DNA of 64,000 bases, from NCBI GenBank assembly GCA_964016885.1, contig OZ024742.1, positions 3,162,001 to 3,226,000 on the forward strand, written 5' to 3'. The notes beneath the pieces were generated by a model. That model ran no database searches and was not told the origin of the DNA. It saw only the letters and a list, made by a program, of their open reading frames with translations. This stretch comes from Eledone cirrhosa (Eukaryota). Made by a program: the position numbers and the translations under genes. Positions within the stretch are counted from its first letter, which is position 1. Every line of letters begins with the position of its first letter. This document shows, in pieces, positions 61,831 through 64,000 of this stretch.

Positions 61831-62223
61831 GACGAACCCACAACATACACACGTCAACATACATACCTACATCAGCACACATCTCTACCCACATATAAAC
61901 ACAATGACACACGTAAACACACATGCTCTATGGTGCAATACAAAAAATATATGTGCATATATATGTATGTATATATGTATATATTTATATATATGTAGTG
62001 AATATATGTGTGTGTGTGTATATATATATAGTGAATATCATTTCACACCTTTTATTGTTAAGATTTTTGATGTTCTATTAAGAGAACCGATTTTACTGAA
62101 AAAATCGAATAATGTACACCATTTTACCAGGGGGAAAAAAATACTGGTCCACCCACACACACACACACACACATATATATACACAAATACATACACACGC
62201 GTACATCAACATACAAAGAGACT

Positions 62224-62260
<37 letters not shown>

Positions 62261-62315
62261 TTCTCCGTATAAGACAAAAGCTGAAAAATATCTTTTGACC
62301 TTCGAATGACTCTGC

Positions 62316-62348
<33 letters not shown>

Positions 62349-62422
62349 TTATCTTAATAGCCATTTGACACACATCGCTGCTGGCCATTGTCGCAGCATC
62401 GAACACCTTACTACTACTACTA

Positions 62423-62492
<70 letters not shown>

Positions 62493-62533
62493 ACACACAC
62501 ACACATATTTGTTGTGAAAGAGTCATTTCTCAA

Positions 62534-62761
62534 TCTTGGCGCAAAACCAATTTTTTATCCACATGACCTCTACCGACCAATCAAAATTGTTTTGACCAAG
62601 AATTTTTGCTGGAGCCACTTTGTTAACATAAAAACAGTCTTGGCGCAAAATCAACTTTTTACATTCACATGACCTCTACCGACCAATCAAAATTGTTTTG
62701 ACCACAAGCATTTTTGCAACACAAAAATAACGCTGGAGCCACTTTTTAAACATAAAAACAG
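62534..62761 (+). promoter_or_regulatory. Twice-repeated ~105-120 bp module with E2F-like, E/M-box and CCAAT motifs in the pLTR
   Basis: TTGGCGCAAAA (62536, 62640), CACATGAC (62560, 62666), GACCAATCA (62575, 62681). Mirrored in the left arm. Confidence 0.45.
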
Positions 62762-62822
62762 GTAGAATTCCCAAAACTAATCAGATCAGAGCAAACAGCA
62801 CGGACACTCTATCTCAAAATTA

Positions 62823-62860
62823 TTTTTGAAAAGCATTTAGAAATGCGCAACCGGTAAAAA
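62823..62860 (+). ncRNA. Minimal HHR-like motif (UUGAAAA core, GCAA in place of GAAA); inverted copy at 60013-60050 on the - strand
   Basis: ttt-TTGAAAA-GCATTT ag AAATGC-GCAA-CCGG-TA-aaa: perfect stem II, palindromic ACCGGT stem III, GUA triplet. Confidence 0.6.
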
Positions 62861-63016
62861 CTTAAAAACTTAAAACCACAACTGAATACTAACCCATACA
62901 AACACTAATACTCTTTTATTCCTAATTAAACCATTTTTCAACTGTGAACAATTTGTCAGCATTTTCTATTCCGTTTACCAATATATAATAACTTGTGTGT
63001 TACACCTCTATTCTTT

Positions 63017-63060
<44 letters not shown>

Positions 63061-64000
63061 TATTTTTTTTTCTCTAGCGTACCCTTACTGAATAGAAAGT
63101 CTGAGATATTCTCTTCTTGCCCCCATGCCATTTCTAATTCTTATTTTTATTATAAACCCAAATGTTCTAGTAGTACAAAGTGTACCCATTAGCAGATATA
63201 TTCCATTACTTAGTTTTTTGTTTGGGTTCTTTTGTTTGCCAACATTAATGTTATCATTGGTTTTTGATGACTCTTCATTCTAGCTCTCATAATCATTTGG
63301 CTACTGTACCATATCTATGTCTTCACTATTACACCTTGTTAGTATACATAAGATTACACACTTTACGCCACTTACGATATTCTATTATTATCTTTATTTT
63401 TTTTTAATTATTATTAACTTTAATTTTAATTTTAATTTTATTTTTAATTCTATTTTTATTTCTAAGTCTATTCTGATTTATCTATCGACAACCCCCCCCC
63501 CCTCCCCCCTCCCCCCATGCGCACATAAACTTATTGTCAACCCCTCCAGATTGAATATGATTATATTTAAACCCCCCCTCTTTTATGCTCCGTTCTATTA
63601 TTTATTATAGTATATCGACTATATTTTATGCCACTTCGCACCCTCCATATATTTCGTCAATTCTGTCCCCATTAGCCTACCTTAATTCTACTTAAGTCAG
63701 TTTTTTAGATATCGTTGCGTATATGATAGTATAATTTTCATTCCTTTTCGTAAACATTTGTAACGATACATTAAATCTTATATACTTTAATGACTTAAAC
63801 TACAGCTAATATTATACTACCTTATTGGACGGGTTCGATGTTTTTAATATTAATTTATCAAATAGGGTTTGGAGTCAATTAAAATGATTGCTTTCCTTAG
63901 TGTTTACCTAATTTCTTAAATGCACGCGAGGCCTAAGTGTGTATATATTTGCTTTTGTTTTGTAATTTCCGGTTGATTGTATTTATTTGTTTTATTCTAT

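Noticed and set aside
61904-64000. HTHTHT/CVCVCV ORFs and 97-aa ORF 63317-63610; possible further mGluR exon
   Set aside because: Microsatellite or AT-rich low-complexity translations. No mGluR-like peptide with splice sites was recognised.

Overview
AT-rich animal genomic DNA, most likely a coleoid cephalopod such as an octopus (inferred from the repeat landscape, not verified). The whole window appears to lie inside a minus-strand class C GPCR gene resembling a metabotropic glutamate receptor. Two exons (58159-58054 and 49272-49133) have canonical splice sites and join in phase (G+GT = Gly), giving ...[36 protein letters not shown].... Bases 1-49027, starting about 105 bp past the lower exon's donor, are a continuous 21-bp satellite (ACACTACACTATAGTATTAAC, roughly 2,350 monomers). 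It has a ~1.8-2 kb higher-order repeat and nested near-identical duplications (~2.9 kb x3, ~3.0 kb, 9,051 bp). Bases 49.6-64 kb are intronic and packed with retroelements inserted in (TA)n tracts: a tRNA-derived SINE, RTE-type LINE fragments (one with a twin-priming inversion), and Penelope-like elements (PLEs) of two clades (Naiad-like and Neptune-like). The PLEs show foldback or inverted ends and hammerhead ribozyme (HHR) motifs. Three HHR motifs share the compensatory U3-A8 core (UUGANAA), and one fully folded HHR (52115-52020) is in the sense orientation of the host pre-mRNA. All ORFs in the satellite and microsatellites are artefacts.
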